Below are positions 62,015 through 64,000 of a stretch of 64,000 bases of DNA, piece after piece. The stretch is from Octopus sinensis (taxonomy: Eukaryota). Location: contig NC_043014.1 in NCBI RefSeq assembly GCF_006345805.1, positions 27,032,001 to 27,096,000 on the forward strand, in the 5' to 3' direction. The notes below the pieces were generated by a model. It saw only the letters and a list, made by a program, of their open reading frames with translations, had not been told where the DNA came from and did no database searches. Every line of letters starts with the position of its first letter. Position 1 is the stretch's first letter. The position numbers were made by a program, and so were the translations under genes.

Positions 62015-62530
62015 AAGTCAGTCAGGAATAGGCAGAATTTTCCAATTCTTCAAAATATATTTATACATATGCATGCAACCACTGAAAATTTCTGAACTGG
62101 AGTTCAGTAGAGAGTTAGGGAACTTAGATCTAAACAGGGTCTGTGCTCTTTCAGCCAAACAAAGCCTACATTTAATCAATCCATTCACATAAGGTATGGA
62201 TTTCTCAATTACTTTCCATTTTATCACATGCAGTGTTTCGTTATCTTTCAAAGTCCATACATAGCTAGCCAACTTAGTAGCTTTACTTTTGTCCCTATGT
62301 CGGAAGGAGGCTATTTGATTGGCATAGCAATTTTTAAATTCACCTTCACATAAGCCAATATAGGTCTTCTTATCAGTTGTATTATTATTTAGGGTTGCAG
62401 TAACTTCTGCCTCATATATGATAGATTTATTCATATGTCGATGGTCAAGTAGACAGGATCCTGGATTGCAACAATCACTACTGGATTCAGGCTCTTGGTA
62501 TTGACCATATGCAATGATACTCTTCATATT
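62015..62530 (-). mobile_element. Penelope-like GIY-YIG endonuclease C-terminal fragment (Naiad-like)
   Basis: SIIYEAEV...KTYIGLCEGEFKNCYANQIASFRH...IKWKVIEKSIPYVNGLIKCRLCLAE...LLNSSSEIFSGCMH. Confidence 0.85.
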
Positions 62531-62700
62531 GGAGTATTCAGAAACATCTTTTATGTTCTGAGTTCAGATCACATTAAGTATGACTTTGTCTCTCAACATA
62601 CCACTCAAATACTAGGAGTCATTCACTTTTCCAGCAACTCACAAATACAGGAAAATATTTAATAGGCATTCTGTAAAATTATCATATAGCTGCTGCCCCA

Positions 62701-62842
62701 ATACGAAGAGTATCATTACACATGATCAATACCAAGAGCCTGAATCCAGTTTCAACTTGACCAAAGATGTATGAATAAAACTATCATAGATGAGGCAGAA
62801 GGTACTGAAGCCCTAAGTAATGATAGAACTGATAAGAAGACC
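62701..62842 (+). mobile_element. Diverged inverted partial copy of the 62365-62527 PLE segment
   Basis: GAAGAGTATCATT...CAATACCAAGAGCCTGAATCCAGT...GAGGCAGAAG...AACTGATAAGAAGACC shared, with an internal deletion. Confidence 0.75.
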
Positions 62843-64000
62843 TGAGTGGACTGGAGCAATATGAAATAAAGTGTCTTGCTCAAGGACACAATGCATATCT
62901 GTGTGGGGTCAGATATGCTCACATGCTACCTGATATTGAACTTGCATTATGAGCTGAGTGCCCTAACCACTAAGCCACGTGCATTTACAATTAACATACA
63001 AATAATTATAATTATTTCTAACATTAGCAGAAAACCAGAAATTTTGCAGGAGGGAAATCACTGATTGCATTGACCCCAGTACAGGACGATAACTTTATAT
63101 TATTGACCCTAAAATAGGTGAAAGCTAAAACCAATCTTGACAGGATTTGAACTCATTGCAAAATGTTGTAACTAAATACTGCAAAGTATTTTGCTCTGCA
63201 ATCTAAAATTTCTGCCAATCCACTACCGTCATGGTGGTGGTGCTGGTGGTGGTGAGGAGGAGGAGGAGGAGGAGGGGGAGGAAAGGGAGGGAGGGTGAGG
63301 AAGAGGAAGAAATTGAGCAAACTGAACCCCAAAACAAATAATGTAACCATAAAAAGGAAACAACAACAATATCAACAACAATGATATAAAGACTAACTAA
63401 GCTAAAAGATATCATGTGGTTGCAGTAAGAAATAATTGGCAATCTTCCAGAATGTTCCATAACAGGTAGCAGGCAGTGCTGCTTGACTGTCATCCATACA
63501 TAGTTACTCACACACATGCACTCATGCACATACAGACAGACAGACGTGTACAGATGTATAACTACACTTTGAGATAAACCAATACAGATACAGACATACT
63601 TTTGCACACTCATGCAAAGTGAACCACACATATACACACATTTGGGTATATACATATATACACTTAGTCTCACACACACACAGATTCATATACATATATA
63701 TTAACATACACACACACACACATATTTATATACAAACAGAGATAGAGAGAGAGAGACTTATGAGTATTGATTCAAGGAGTTATGTACACAACTATGCATA
63801 AGATACAAATCCACACATTTACAAACTGACATACAGCTGGGTACTGTAAACTAAATACAAACAGAACAAATATAAACAAGCAGACATACACACACACATA
63901 CTGAAATACTCATGCATGCAATGTACATACAAACACACACACACACACACAGAAATAAACACACTTTGTAGACACATTAACTACAAAAATATTGTAAATG

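Overview
AT-rich, repeat-saturated metazoan genomic DNA. The SINE, RTE and Penelope families and the extreme (TA)n/(CA)n/(CATA)n load point to a coleoid cephalopod, probably Octopus (inference from recalled repeat families, not a database search). No host protein-coding gene, rRNA, true tRNA or CRISPR array can be called with confidence; almost all long ORFs in the track are translated microsatellites. Recognisable coding remnants are all mobile: an L1/Tx1-type LINE ORF2 (-), several RTE LINEs, a CR1-like RT, Neptune-type and Naiad-like Penelope elements, Tigger/pogo, mariner and hAT transposases, a PIF1-type helicase fragment and a LINE-ORF1-like fragment apparently carried by a Helitron. The most interesting signals are (i) a set of minimal hammerhead ribozyme motifs in Penelope-type terminal repeats, mostly with non-canonical cores, including a young 362-bp retrozyme-like unit with a compensated U3-A8 core, (ii) a head-to-head pair of Helitron-like elements sharing a captured ORF1-like fragment with an RTE nested in one arm, (iii) several hairpins including a G.U-rich 32-bp stem over a splice-acceptor-like site, and (iv) a visible drop in CpG after about 12 kb suggesting entry into a methylated gene body. 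A few weak candidate + strand exons are listed at low confidence. Boundaries of degraded elements are approximate; all alignments were done by eye.
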